NCBI RefSeq assembly: GCF_006345805.1
Contig: NC_043025.1
Coordinates: 10,354,001 to 10,418,000, forward strand
Length of the DNA: 64,000 nucleotides
Source of the DNA: Octopus sinensis
Lineage: Eukaryota
Direction of reading: 5' to 3'
Under the pieces are notes generated by a model. The model was not told where the DNA came from. It searched no databases and saw nothing but the letters and a program-made list of their open reading frames with translations. Position numbers and translations under genes: made by a program. Of this stretch, positions 1 to 12,398 are shown piece by piece (positions within the stretch are counted from its first letter, which is position 1; the number at the start of each line of letters is the position of its first letter).

Positions 1-1190
1 AAATGTATGTGGATCTGAGAGAGGAGAATGTGGAATAAAGTCATAATTAACTGATCCTCTTGTATTTTCTTTTATCCAGAGCCAGGAACTTTTCAGCACC
101 TCCTCATATTTTGTTCATTCCTTGGAGAACATGGGTAGATTTATGCATAAATGTTGGGTTATAGTGGGAGGAAGCTTTAAAGGTTGTTTTGTTAAGAAAT
201 ATATTATTAAAACATTTGAAGTATGTTTTTTTGTGTATCTATTGTTTGAAACAGTAATCATGGGAGATCCAGTCGGAAGTTATTTAAATCTCAAATTATA
301 TTTCATCTTGTGAAGTTCTATATATTTTTAATTTAGTTACTAGACTTGCAAATAATCTCGTTATGCTTAAGTTTGAAAGTTGATTGGCCTACTAGAAAGA
401 AAAGCAGTCTCCCTGAAATAACACCCTGTCATATTAAAAAGTGAAGGATGCTGAGTAATGTAGTCTAAGATGCATATTTCTGAAAGACAAGGAAAAAAAA
501 AAGTATTGGATGGTCCTTAATGGAAAGTCTTTTCATCATAGGTCTGTTGAATTTAGAGCTGACCTAGATTTAAACAACTTGCCAGCATTTTCTTTCATTG
601 CTCTGGGTTCAGACCCTCCCATATTTCAGAATCAACCCGACTTTTCATCTTGTTGGTGTGAAAGCAATCCAATATATCGATCTCCCCCTCATCTAGAATT
701 GTATCTGCCCCCACCTATCTCTAGTCAAAATAACCCAATATATTCCCGCTGCCATCTAGTTAGAGTGAAAGTTATCCAGCCTAACTATTCCACTTCCAAA
801 TTTTCTGTCAAAACAATTCAACGTACTTAGAAAACTGGTCTTGTGCCTAATCAGTGGAAATTGTTGAAGATATTGATAATCATTGGGGAAAAAAAACAAA
901 AAAAAAACTAAGCCCCAGGTAAAGTCAGCAATACCAGAACAGCTGTGATACCCCCTGAAGACATTGTCTTGTCTCTTTGTAGGTTTGTTGGACGAGAGTG
1001 GGGGGAGCAATAGAATATTGAATTAGAAGATGTGGGGTGCATATTCTTGCTGAACTACTGTTTACTATGTACAATAATTGATAGCTACAATAATTATTGA
1101 CTATATTATTCTAGCTGTTGTGTTTGAAATAATCTGTTGGAAGGATTAGCTGTTAATTCCCTAATGTGCTGAGCAAGGCTTAGTATCTAA

Positions 1191-1229
<39 letters not shown>

Positions 1230-2059
1230 TTGCCCTCGAGCAAGTTCTCTGTTTGTAAATATTTGCCACAAGGAAGCAAAGGTTGTTTTCTGTTTGTTTT
1301 CTTTTTTTGGAACTATTCCAGCGACTACTTTAAGTATTCAATTAGATGTCTTAATGAAATGACATTAATTAAGAACGTGTTGTTGTTGTTCGGTTGACAA
1401 GGCTGGTCTGGGCTTGTAATTAAGTCATTGTATTATTGATGGCCTGCTCAATATGCTGCATGTGTATTTGAGATGTTGAAGGTGGTTTGGTGAGTCGGGG
1501 TTGGTGAGGTTATTTCTCATTTGTTTTCAACAGATGAGAATATAACTGGCAGTTGCTGACATGTTAAAGTTAAATTAATTACTATGCATACATAATTAAA
1601 ATGTAGCCTAAGTGATCAAGGAGTGGGTTGGGAAATATGCAATCCTTTTTTTTTCTTCTTTTCTCTTTTCTAATACTGTTATGTAATATGTGATGAAATA
1701 CTGGTAAATACTGGACTAACAACTGCATGCTTACCTAATAATAATTGCAGAAACATCAGTCCATTGCTATAGTACATGACTGCTAAATGACACTTTGGCA
1801 ACATGTTGCAGTAACACAAATTTTATATATTTTAAGATCATGATTACTATTTTTATTGTTCATCTCATTTCTAACAATGAAACTATGTTTTTAAAGGTTT
1901 ATTATTGTTTTCTGCACAATGTTTACATTTATACTTCATTTTGATTGACCTTTATCAAATCGGTATAAACATAGTGTTAATGGAAATTGTCTCCAAAATC
2001 TGGAAAATAATTAACTTGATTAAAAAAGCAACTTATTTCAAGCATTTAGATATGATACC

Positions 2060-2289
2060 TTAACCCTTTCGTTACTGTATTTATTTTGAGATGTTCAGTG
2101 TTTTGTTCAATTTATTTTAAATATAACAAAGAATTTAGTAAAATAACTTAGTTATCATTAAGCTAGTGTTAGGAACATAAATTGTGACTAAGTTTTGGTG
2201 GAAGATTTTAATTCAAAACTTATGAAAACAAGACATTTGTACTACAGAGCCAGAGGTGGTTTCAGCCGGGTTGGTATCTAACGGGTTAA
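2060..2289. mobile_element. piggyBac-type MITE family F; other copies at 11856-12084, 25805-26034, 40600-41193, 57641-57849 and 57866-58095
   Basis: TTAA-CCCTTT(C/T)G(T/A)TAC termini ending AGGG-TTAA; about 230-bp body shared by all copies. Confidence 0.8.
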
Positions 2290-4984
2290 GTAGGTTTTAA
2301 TAATTAATCGAAGGTGTGGGAGCTTTCAAGCCTCTCTGTTTCAAGTTTAACAAAGTTACTTTTTGTGATGATATTTCTTATGAAACACACTGCCCCTGTG
2401 TTAAAATTAGTTTTGAAAATAAAAATTTAAAGGAATTTAGTAAAATAACCAACTTTGGAATATAATATGAAAACTTTTTAACTGAAATATGAATACTTTC
2501 AAATGCATGGTTTTGTAAGAGTTGAATACATTTTAGCGGGTTATAAGAATGCGAGAAACTGGGGGCTGTTGTTAGTAAAAAGTAGATAATGTGAGGAGGT
2601 AATGTGGTAGGGCACTTCAGAAAACGAGAACCAAGACATGGCAGTGTGGTTAAAAAGTTAGTTGTACTGCAATGTTGTTTTAGGTTCGACCCTGTTGCGT
2701 GACATTTTGGGCAGGTGCCCTTCTTCACCCCATTGCCTTGGGTTTGTGAGTGACATTTCGAAGACACAGGCTGTGTGAAAATGTATTGGACAGCTGTCAT
2801 CTAGCGTAGCACCACCACATGCATCCTGAGTACTTTCACTGGAGTTAACTCTGCTGCAAACACTTGGAGCCAGGCTACCTCTAACACACACACACACACA
2901 CATTTTAACTTACTTTCTCTCTCTCTCTCTCTACAACAGTATTGAAGCTACATATATATTTTATAATCTTCAAGTGAACAACATTCAACAAGTATTTCAT
3001 GTCTATTTTCTCAGCTAATCCAGAGGTTAGCTTTGCTGGCTCCCCATATCAATCTTTACTTTCCCCTGTTCTTTACATTTTCCCTCACCAACCTTTCCCT
3101 TTTCTTTATCTCCTCCTGCATCACTTTCAGCATTATCTTGTTCAAGAAAGATATAACTTAAGCTGGTGAAGGAGTGCAGAGGATAAGGCAAGGTGGAGAA
3201 GACCACACTTGCAGATATCTAAAAATCTTCCTAATTGTTCTGGTAAAAGATAAAATAGATTTGTTATGAAAGAGTTCTTTGTGGTGGTGCTTCTTCGGGT
3301 TTTACCAGTTTGGATCTGAAGTCCACCACATCACTGTGTGTTGCAGCTACGCAAAATATAAAAGTGTATATCACATGCTATTGTGAACTGTAGCATCATA
3401 TGTTGTAGGTTTTCAATCAGCCAATTGCTGGTTGTTGATTGAACTTCTGTTAAGAGTGTCAAAGGAGTGTTTGTGCAACTTGGACAAAACAAATAGCACA
3501 TAGAATTTTTGCTTGAACATGACAGTTTAGTTTCTCAATCACGGGTGATATACACACATGTAATGATGGGCTTCTAAGCAGTTTTCATCTAATACGTTCC
3601 ACTTTGAGGTGTTGGTCAATTGGATGATGGCAGAAGATTTTAGACTTGTAGACTGAACATGGGACTTAGTTGTGAGGCAAATTTCTTAAGTACAACTACA
3701 TGGTCATGTCTGGAGACTGGGTTCAGAGACAATGTCTCTACTTGAGCAGTTATCATCATCATTTAGCATCTGCTTTCCATGCTGGCATAGGTTAGCTGGT
3801 TTGACTGAAACTGGTAAGCCAGAGAGCTGCACCAAGCTCCAGTCGGTTTTGGCATGGTTTCTACAGCTGGATGTCTTTCCTAGTACTCAGTTACTTCAAG
3901 AGTGTAACGGGTGCCTTTTATGTACCACTGGCATGGGACACCAATATTGGCCACAACTACAATTTCAATTGGCTTGATGAGTTTTCTCTAGCTTGGCATG
4001 TATGAGTTGAAATCCAAGCATGTTATCACACTGGAGCAACAGCAAAATATTGATATCTTGCATTGACAAAAAACTTCCAATCATAGCTTACCATATAAAA
4101 AACCCCCAAAAAACAAAGAAGACAAAACAAAAAATATTAGCTACAGTTGCAGTTTTAGATACACTTATCATCATTGTTTAACATCCGCCTTCCATGCTGG
4201 CATGGGTGGAATGGTTGCACAAGAGCCGACCAGGCAGAAGCCTGCACCAGACTTCTATGACTGTTTTGGCAGGATTTTTACAGCTGGTTGCTCTTCCTAA
4301 CACCAACCACTCAGCAGAGTGGGCTTACTGCTTTTTACGTGGCACAAATACAGGCGGGGTCAGTTTTTGCAAGGTTTTTACAGCTGGATGCCCTTCTGAA
4401 CACCAACCACTTTACAGTGTGGACTAGGTGCTTTTAAGCGTCACCTGCACTGACAGGGCCATCAAGTACTTGCAAGACAAAAAAAAAAAAAACAACTTTC
4501 AAAAAGGAGAGGGGACATTGGAGGAGGTGATCTTGTGTCAGGTGATGAAAGGTTATAGTGAGATAGAAATAGATGTCTTGCTGTACAAGGTTACCCAGCC
4601 AGAGAGAGAGAGAGAGATAGGGAGACAGCAGGATAGAGATGGTAGCAAAATGCCACGCATACTCACAAGGAAAGGGGATCAGAATATAAATGGGATGGCT
4701 GAGTAAAGGAAAAGAGAGAGTTATAGATGGTTGCAAGTGTCAGGTTCGAATGCCATAATATGTGGCAGGCTATTGCAAAGAGTGCGAGTAAGTGGCAAAA
4801 AACCTGGGTATATATGAAGTTGGAGTGGGGCTACCAGATAGCAAAGATAGTTTTTTTCTTTTTTTGTAACCCTTAATGAATATTAAGGTAAGATTTATTG
4901 GTTGTTATCAATATTTCATGTGACTGTCCTTGTATTTTTTCTCAATTTTCTACAATGAAAATTATCAACATTGGCAGTTTAGAC

Positions 4985-5203
4985 CAGTGCTTTTCAAACT
5001 TTTTGCTGGAGCGGAACCCCAAGGAAACATTCCACTGGCTCGAGGAACCCCTGTGAAATAATTTAATTGTCTTATGCACACATATCTGCACAGGAGAATT
5101 AAAAATTACTGCCAATTTTAGCAGTTTTGTAACTTCTTGCGGAACCCCTGGACTGTACTGGCGGAAACCTAAGGTTCTGCGGAACCCTGGTTGAAAACGA
5201 CTG
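4985..5203. mobile_element. hAT-type MITE, 219 bp
   Basis: TIR cagtg.ttttcaa; perfect 8-bp TSD GTTTAGAC at 4977-4984 and 5204-5211. Confidence 0.9.
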
Positions 5204-6884
5204 GTTTAGACCAAGATAAATTGTCATTGAAACTGAACTGTGGTCAAATGTGTTCTAACCACGACCATCTCATGATGGTATCGTTGGATACAAAGAATAT
5301 TTGTTGCTATTTCTAGCATCTTTAGCTCATTGACAAGATTTCATATACTTACTCTGTCAAAGTGCATGACTCGACATTGTAGATGCAGTGTAGCAGGGTC
5401 TGTGTTTTGGTAGTTGTTAATGTCTTGTGGGTGATGAGAGTGCCTTGTTCAAGGAAGAGATACAATATGCATGCAGATTGATGCAAATTTTTGAAACCTG
5501 CAATCAAATATGTGGTGAGTATAATAACTTCAATGAATTGAGACCGTCTGTGTCTGTGAGAAGTGAGCAGCATTGAGTCCTACTTCGTGCACTTTGGTCA
5601 CACATCTGCTATAGCCTGAGACTGACCAGTCCTGTGAGTGAAATTGGTTAGAAACTGAAGAAAAATTCCACCATGTGTATCATGGTCTTCACATTGTGCA
5701 ACAGTTGTAAATGAGTGCCACTGTCATTGAAGCAGTGTTGTTTGTTTCCAGTCTTTCATGAAAACACATCCAGCCACGGAGAAATATTGATTCCCTTGTT
5801 TGGAAATAGGTGAGGATTAGTAATAGGAAGTGTATTTCTCTCTTGAAAGTCTGCTTCAACAAATTTCATGTGAGCTTGGAAAATTGGATGTTAGAATATC
5901 ATCATCATCGTTTAGCATCCGCTTTCCATGCTGGCATGGGTTGGACGGTGCAACTGGGGTCTGGGAAGCCAGAAGGCTGCACCAGGCCCAGTCTGATCTG
6001 GCAATGTTTCTACGGCTGGATGCCCTTCCTAACGCCAACCACTCCATGAGTGTAGTGGGTGCTTTTTATGTGCCAGGCGAGGCTGGCAATGGCCACGATT
6101 GGATGGTGCTTTTTACGTGCCACCGGCATGGAAGCTAGTCAAGGCGGCGCTGGCAACGCCCACGTTCGAATGGTTATGATGATATAAACAACTGCAATAT
6201 GGTGCCTGCCACTATTCATAAACAATATGTATGTCTTAGATGATTATCATGACTCTTCCATGATGCAGTGTTCTGAGTTCAAATTCCGCTGAGGTCGATT
6301 TTGCCGTTCATCCTTTTCGAGGTCGATAAATTAAGTACCAGTTACGCACTGGGGTCGATGTAAACGACTTAATCTGTTTGTCTGTCCTTGTTTGTCCCCT
6401 CTGTGTTTAGCCCTTTGTGGGTAGTAAACAAATATATATGCATATATACATATGTGTGTGTGGTTTATCCAGTATAGCATAAGAACAGTGGGAAAGTGGC
6501 ACTTCTTAGTTATGGTTAAAGTATGTCTACAGATTGCTCAGTTATATAATAACATTGTTGAGATATCCTGTTTTAGCTTGTCTTTGGGCTCCTCGGCTTT
6601 GATAAAAAGTCATTGCAAGCTGTTTGCAGTAGAAAGTTCACATGGACATTCCTGACATATAAATTTTCTAATTGTTGGTGGTGATCGTATTTGTTCAGCA
6701 AGTTGACAGCCATTATATTTTGTATTTTGTGTTGTGTCAAGATTATGACCATGTTAGAGACAAATGGCTAATAAATAATGGTAGTTTTGTGGCAGTTGTA
6801 GTAATCATTGTTGTAACAGATGCTGAGTTATTTGAATGTCCTTTGTCATTAAAAAAAAAAAAAAAAAATCGGTAGTTAGTCTGT

Positions 6885-7290
6885 GGAGTGGCCGTGTGGT
6901 AAGTAGCTTGCTTACCAACCACGTGGTTCCGGGTTGAGTCCCACTGCATGGCACCTTGGGCAAGTGTCTTCTACTATAGCCTCGGGCCGACCAAAGCCTT
7001 GTGAGTGGATTTGGTAGACGGAAACTGAAAGAAGCCCGCCGTATATATGTATATATATGTGTGTGTGCGTGTATGTTTGTGTGTCTGTATTTGTCCCCCT
7101 GGCATTGCTTGACAACCGATGCTGGTGTGTTTATGTCCCCGTTACTTAGCGGTTCGGCAAAAGAGACCGATAGAATAAGCACTGGGCTTACAAAAGAATA
7201 AGTCCCGGGGTCGAGTTGCTCGATTAAAGGCGGTGCTCCAGCATGGTCGCAGTCAAATGACTGAAACAGGTGAAAGAGTAAAAGAGAGAG
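6885..7290 (+). mobile_element. tRNA-derived SINE family A; + copies also at about 12260-12596, 19438-20034, 38014-38401, 39442-39847, 46218-46555, 54243-54625, 59187-59582 and 60216-60775
   Basis: A box tggc(c/t)gtgtgg, B box ggtt(c/g)agtccc, internal (TA)/(TG)n linker and (AAAAGAGT)n tail; copies highly similar. Confidence 0.9.
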
Positions 7291-7514
7291 AGTCTCAGAA
7301 AATCTTTTGCTGTCAGCAGTTTATTGAAGGTTGACTTGGTTGCAATTTCAAACTTGGACTTCACTTTACTGTTACCTCTTAAGTTTGATGAAATTAGGAT
7401 CTACAGTAGATTTATCGCTATATATGTCACTTAAGCTGCTAAAAGCAGCATCTAGATCTTCCATAAATAATCTGTTTTCTTAAAAAAAGAAAGGGACTTT
7501 TTGGATAATGTGGT

Positions 7515-7872
7515 TCCATCTCTCTCTCTATCCACTTAGTCGAAGTCGACTCTCAGTCACTCGTTGGATCAGTGTCCTCCAGTCAGTTCTATCCTGGGCC
7601 ACTTCCTTCAGATTGGCCATGTCCATTCCGGTATCACTCTTGATGGTGTCAAGACAGCGGGTTCTTGGTTGGCCTCTTCCTCTCTTGCCACTGACCATTC
7701 CAAGCATGATGTCCTTCTCCAGGGATTTTCTCCTCATAATATGACCAAAATATGCCAATCTATGCTTGGTGATCCTAGCTTCTAGCGACATTTTCGGCCT
7801 GATCTGCTTAAGAACTTCTCCATTGGTGAGCCTCGCTGTCCATGGAATCCGCAAAAGTCTTCTCCAACACCA
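7515..7872 (-). mobile_element. RTE-BovB clade LINE 3' fragment (RT C-terminus, open frame)
   Basis: WCWRRLLRIPWTARLTN...LAYFGHIMRRKSLEKDIMLG...DRTDWRTLIQRVTESRLRLSG* follows the BovB-type C-terminal pattern; short (GA)n tail. Confidence 0.85.
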
Positions 7873-8414
7873 TATATTAAAACAAAAAAGAGGCCCAGTG
7901 TTAGTGTTAATGAGGATTCCTGGGTCTATGCAGCAAAAATATTGATTAGACTCAGGTGATTCCGAATTGAGTTAAATCTATTGTTAAATAGCCCAGTTAT
8001 GGCTATCCCATTATATTTTCTTTTTTATTTTCTTGGAATGGTGTACCATAGACTACATTGTCCAACTCAATAAAGCAGTAGAGTGTGATATGAAGGAGAT
8101 ATGGTTGGAACTTCAACCTGGTTGAGCAGTCGTATATAGGTTCACACATTGGCTGATGCTAATTTATTTAGTTTAATCACCAAGTGCAGCATAATCTCTA
8201 ACCGATCAGTGAATGTTAGAAGCCCAGATGTGTTCAGTCATAAGTAATGATGTAAGTTTTAAAATAATGGTGAGAAGCATAGTGTCTCATCTCATGTCCC
8301 TTTAAATCTTACTTTTAGGCCACCTCCTTTCTTTTTAGATCTATATATATATATCGTGCTAGCATGGGACACGGACATTAAATGATGATGGTATTTATAT
8401 TTTTATATATATAA

Positions 8415-8746
8415 CATCCAAGTGTGGCTAGGGACAGGGCAGGGCGGTGGGGGTGTTACTGATGCATTTAGCCCCAGGCGATCATCAACGTCACCAGAAG
8501 GGCTGACACCATCACGGCGTCCTCTAGCCTGCAAAGGGAGATCATTCCCCGAAGAAGCGGATGCCACATACGGACCCAGGTTTCAAGGTGTTTGCCTGTT
8601 GTCATCCACTTCTTCGGGGAATGATCTCCCTTTGCAGGCTAGAGGACGCCGTGATGGCGTCAGCCCTTCTGGTGACGTTGATGATCGCCTGGGGCTAAAT
8701 GCATCAGTAACACCCCCACCGCCCTGTCCCTAGCCACACTCGGATG
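8415..8746. repeat. GC-rich near-perfect inverted repeat (fold-back element or MITE)
   Basis: Arms 8415-8563 and 8603-8746, 39-nt loop, 3 substitutions and one 5-bp indel. Confidence 0.95.
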
Positions 8747-8808
8747 GCTAACGTCCCTTATGTTATGGAGCAGTTACTGTCTATACCTCGTTTAGAGAAT
8801 TATTATTG

Positions 8809-8859
<51 letters not shown>

Positions 8860-9032
8860 ATCTCTATAATATTGCCACTTGATATGAAAATTTTTGTATT
8901 AATGGAAAACCTCTATAATTGTCTGATGAGTACTCAGCATTTTAAAACTGTTGTAATACTTACAACATTTAATAAAATGATGTAGTACGAAACGATTGTA
9001 CCAAATTACTGGAGTTATTCTTGTTGCTTATT

Positions 9033-9090
<58 letters not shown>

Positions 9091-9505
9091 ATAAAAAAAA
9101 TACAAACTGGGACAAGAACGCAAAACATTTAGAAGACGATACAAAAAACACGGACGGGACATTTGAAGCCTTCAATCGTCAGTCAAGAACCGGATCATCC
9201 TCACAATTTCGGGTATTTACTTTAAAGGGTTGGTCATTTTCTTTTAAAAATATATTATGCAATAGGGAGGAAGGATGGGTGTGTGTGTGTGCATACACCC
9301 CCACACATGTATGTATGTATAGAACAAACCATCATCTAATCATATTTAGACGCATTGTAAGAAATCTAAATTTAGATATATTGAAGCATTTTTTCCATTC
9401 TGTTGTGTTTAGAAAAAAAAAAAACCCCAGAACAAAAAAAAAAAATAAAAAACCCACATCTAAATATGATAACTTGATATAAGCAATTTGTTTTTTTCAT
9501 TGCAG

Positions 9506-9556
9506 AGTTTCATCTGTGACTTGCTTAGCTCATGCCAGCAAAAACATATAGCAAAG
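9506..9556 (+). other. Candidate cassette (poison) exon of RBM39
   Basis: tttttttcattgcag|ag acceptor and aag|gtacga donor around 51 nt of non-repeat sequence; TAG at 9549-9551 in the phase-2 frame. No transcript evidence. Confidence 0.4.
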
Positions 9557-9759
9557 GTACGACTCTAAATACCGCTCACCCTGGCTGACTGGAACATATT
9601 TTTTGTGTTGTTTTTTTTTTCTTTTCATTTTTCTTTTTCCTTTTTTTTTTCCCTCTGTCCACCTTCTCATCTTATTTTGTAGCGATCACCATTGTTGTCA
9701 GCTGAATCAAACACCATACTCATAAGACATGTACATGAGTGTATAGATGTGTGTGTGTA

Positions 9760-9799
<40 letters not shown>

Positions 9800-10035
9800 C
9801 AAAAAGGGTAATAATATAGGTTATTATTACCAGTGGCCTAGCACAAAAGACGAATTAATCATTAGACAAAATATTATTCATATAGAAATATAATAAAAGG
9901 CTCCCAAATAAGGAAGCTTAGTGCTAGAGACACAAAGAGGGATAAATTCATGGAGAGAGTGAAATTCAAAAACATTTACCATTAACGATATATCCCGGAC
10001 TGATCAGTTTCTACCTCTTTCTATTGGGAGCCTTG

Positions 10036-10081
<46 letters not shown>

Positions 10082-10084
10082 TTA

Positions 10085-10375
10085 TAGTCTGATCAATAAG
10101 TATCTGGATTGTTGCCATAGTAACGAAGCTAGAGTATGCAGAGTGAAGCTGCTTGGCATAGATTGACTTTGAACTCTGCTGTGCCTGTGCCTTAAGTTTT
10201 AATGTTGCAGCTCACTTCTGCTGTTTACAGCAGTGCTTGGAAGGAAGGTGTGTAGTGTGTGATCGTTGCAGTGATCATGATAGAGAAAGCTGAGCAGAGA
10301 ATCTGCATCAAATTTTGCCAAAAGCTTGGTGATTACTGCTCAGAGACCTATGCAGAGTTTTCAAAAAAAAGTTTT
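10085..10375 (+). mobile_element. Tc1/mariner 5' end (TIR and transposase N-terminus)
   Basis: ta-gtctgatcaataagtatc TIR-like end; MIEKAEQRICIKFCQKLGD..SETYA. Confidence 0.75.
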
Positions 10376-10835
10376 CATCATAATTGACACAATCAAGGAG
10401 ATCGCGTGCAACTGAAATCCGAGTCTTTTTGGTCAGTTGAAAGCAGTTTTGGCATAAACTTGGCTGACACGCGTCTCCTACTCTGATCTTCAGTGATAAT
10501 GGACTCAACTGAACAATAACTAGTCTGCACACCCTTTGATGACTTAACCCTCACAGCTTGTGGTCCTCCCAGAACGTTCGTCACTATGGACATTTTGGAA
10601 ACATCTGATCCACTCATATGCTTGTGTGTGATCCATGCACTCCTCTCCATACACTTTCTGCAACTTTGCGTCGGCCTCTGAGCAGGTATCGCCATGACAA
10701 CTGTTTCTGTTGTGGTCAATCCGATGATCATACTTTAATTTCATGCACTGCTGTAAACAAGAAGTGAGCGAGAAGGTAAAAATTGCTGTGCATGAACAGC
10801 AGAGGTCAAGACCAATCTTTGCCAAGTGGCTTTAT
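10376..10835 (-). mobile_element. Second, longer mariner 5' fragment, inverted relative to the first
   Basis: GDTCSEADAKLQKVYGEECM...EWIRCF..SDERSGR, VSAKFMPKLLSTDQKD and ARDLLDCVNYDENFF; the leader is homologous to 10150-10240. Confidence 0.8.
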
Positions 10836-11256
10836 TCTTTTCTTTTTTTATTCTTTTACATGTTTCAGTCATTTGACTGCAGCCATGCTGGAGCACCGCC
10901 TTTAGTCGAGCAAATCGACCCCGGGTCTTATTCTTTGTAAGCCCAGTACTTATTCTATCGGTCTCTTTTGCCGAACCGCTAAGTATCGGGGGCGTAAACA
11001 CACCAGCATCAGTTGTCAAGCGATGCTAGGGGAACAAACACAGACACGCAAACATATACATACACATACATATATATATAAATACATATATACGACAGGC
11101 TTCTTTCAGTTTCCATCTACCAAATCCACTCACAAAGCATTGGTCGGCCCGGGGCTATAGTAGAAGACACTTGCCCAAGATGCCACGCAGTGGGACTGAA
11201 CCCAGAACCATGTGGTTGGTTAGCAAGCTACTTACCACACAGCCACTCCTGCGCCT
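10835..11256 (-). mobile_element. SINE family A; - copies also at about 20512-20961, 21583-21965, 22797-23202, 24725-25123, 56066-56478 and 62372-62678
   Basis: Reverse complement of family A; source of the recurrent MTTDAGVFT and RHLPKMPRSGTEP pseudo-ORFs. Confidence 0.9.
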
Positions 11257-12349
11257 ATTCTGCCATTCAGCCATTCTGTGTACTTTAGCCTCGTTACTAT
11301 GGCAACAGCCCGGCTATTTATTGATTACAATTCGTGTGTGTGGACACATGCGTGTTTTTTATATATTGTGTATATATATTCATACACACACTACACATAC
11401 GGCCACTCACTCTTGTAATATGTTACATAATTTGAATGTCTTTTTACACCCCCCCCCCCCAGTAAATATTTCTTACATGGGCATAAGGTGAGAAATTGGG
11501 TGGGAGGTGGGGGTTAGTCATGTTAACCTCCCTGAAAGGACGAAAGGTAGGGTTGACCTCGGTTTGATTTGAACTCGAAATGTAAAGTTCCAGGATGTAT
11601 TTTGTTCAGCTCTGTCATGATTCTGCCAATGCACAGCAAAAAGTCTTCTCCCTCTTAATTTATAGATGTAGTCTCAGATATTGAGGTGATTTATAACAAG
11701 ATGGTGGTGCTGGTGGTGGTGTGTGTGCATGTGTACACATGACTAGTTGAAAAAAAAAATTGCTATGAATCGTGTGGTTTGAAGTTCAATCTCGCTCATA
11801 ACAACCACGAGCCAGTGTTGACCACCACCATAGCTTCATGTTGACTGAGGCCTTGTTAACCCTTTCGTTACCAACCCGGCTGAAACCGGCTCTGGCTCTT
11901 TAGTACAAATGTCTGGTTTTCAAAAGTTCTGAATTAAAATCTTCCACCAAACCTGAGTCATAATTTACGTCCCTAACTCTAGCTTAATGATAACGATGTT
12001 ATTTTACTTTGTTTTTTGTTATATTTAAAATAATTGGAAGAAACACTGAGCATCTCAAAATAAATTCAGTAACGAATGGGTTAATGAAACTAATTAGTAG
12101 TTAGCAAGGAACTGTATGGAAGTTTGTTGGGAGATTTACATAAAGATGATGCAAAAGTCTCTAGAACCTAGGTTCTCAACTGGGGTCCATGTGGCCCTTG
12201 AGGGTCGATATAAGATTTTTGAGGGTCCACCCAACATGATAGTAAATTGGACATCCACATCTTGGGCAAGTATCTTCTGCTATAGCCCCGGGCTGACCAA
12301 TGCCTTGTGTGTGGATTTGGTAGACGGAAACTGAAAGAAGCCTGTCGTA

Positions 12350-12398
<49 letters not shown>

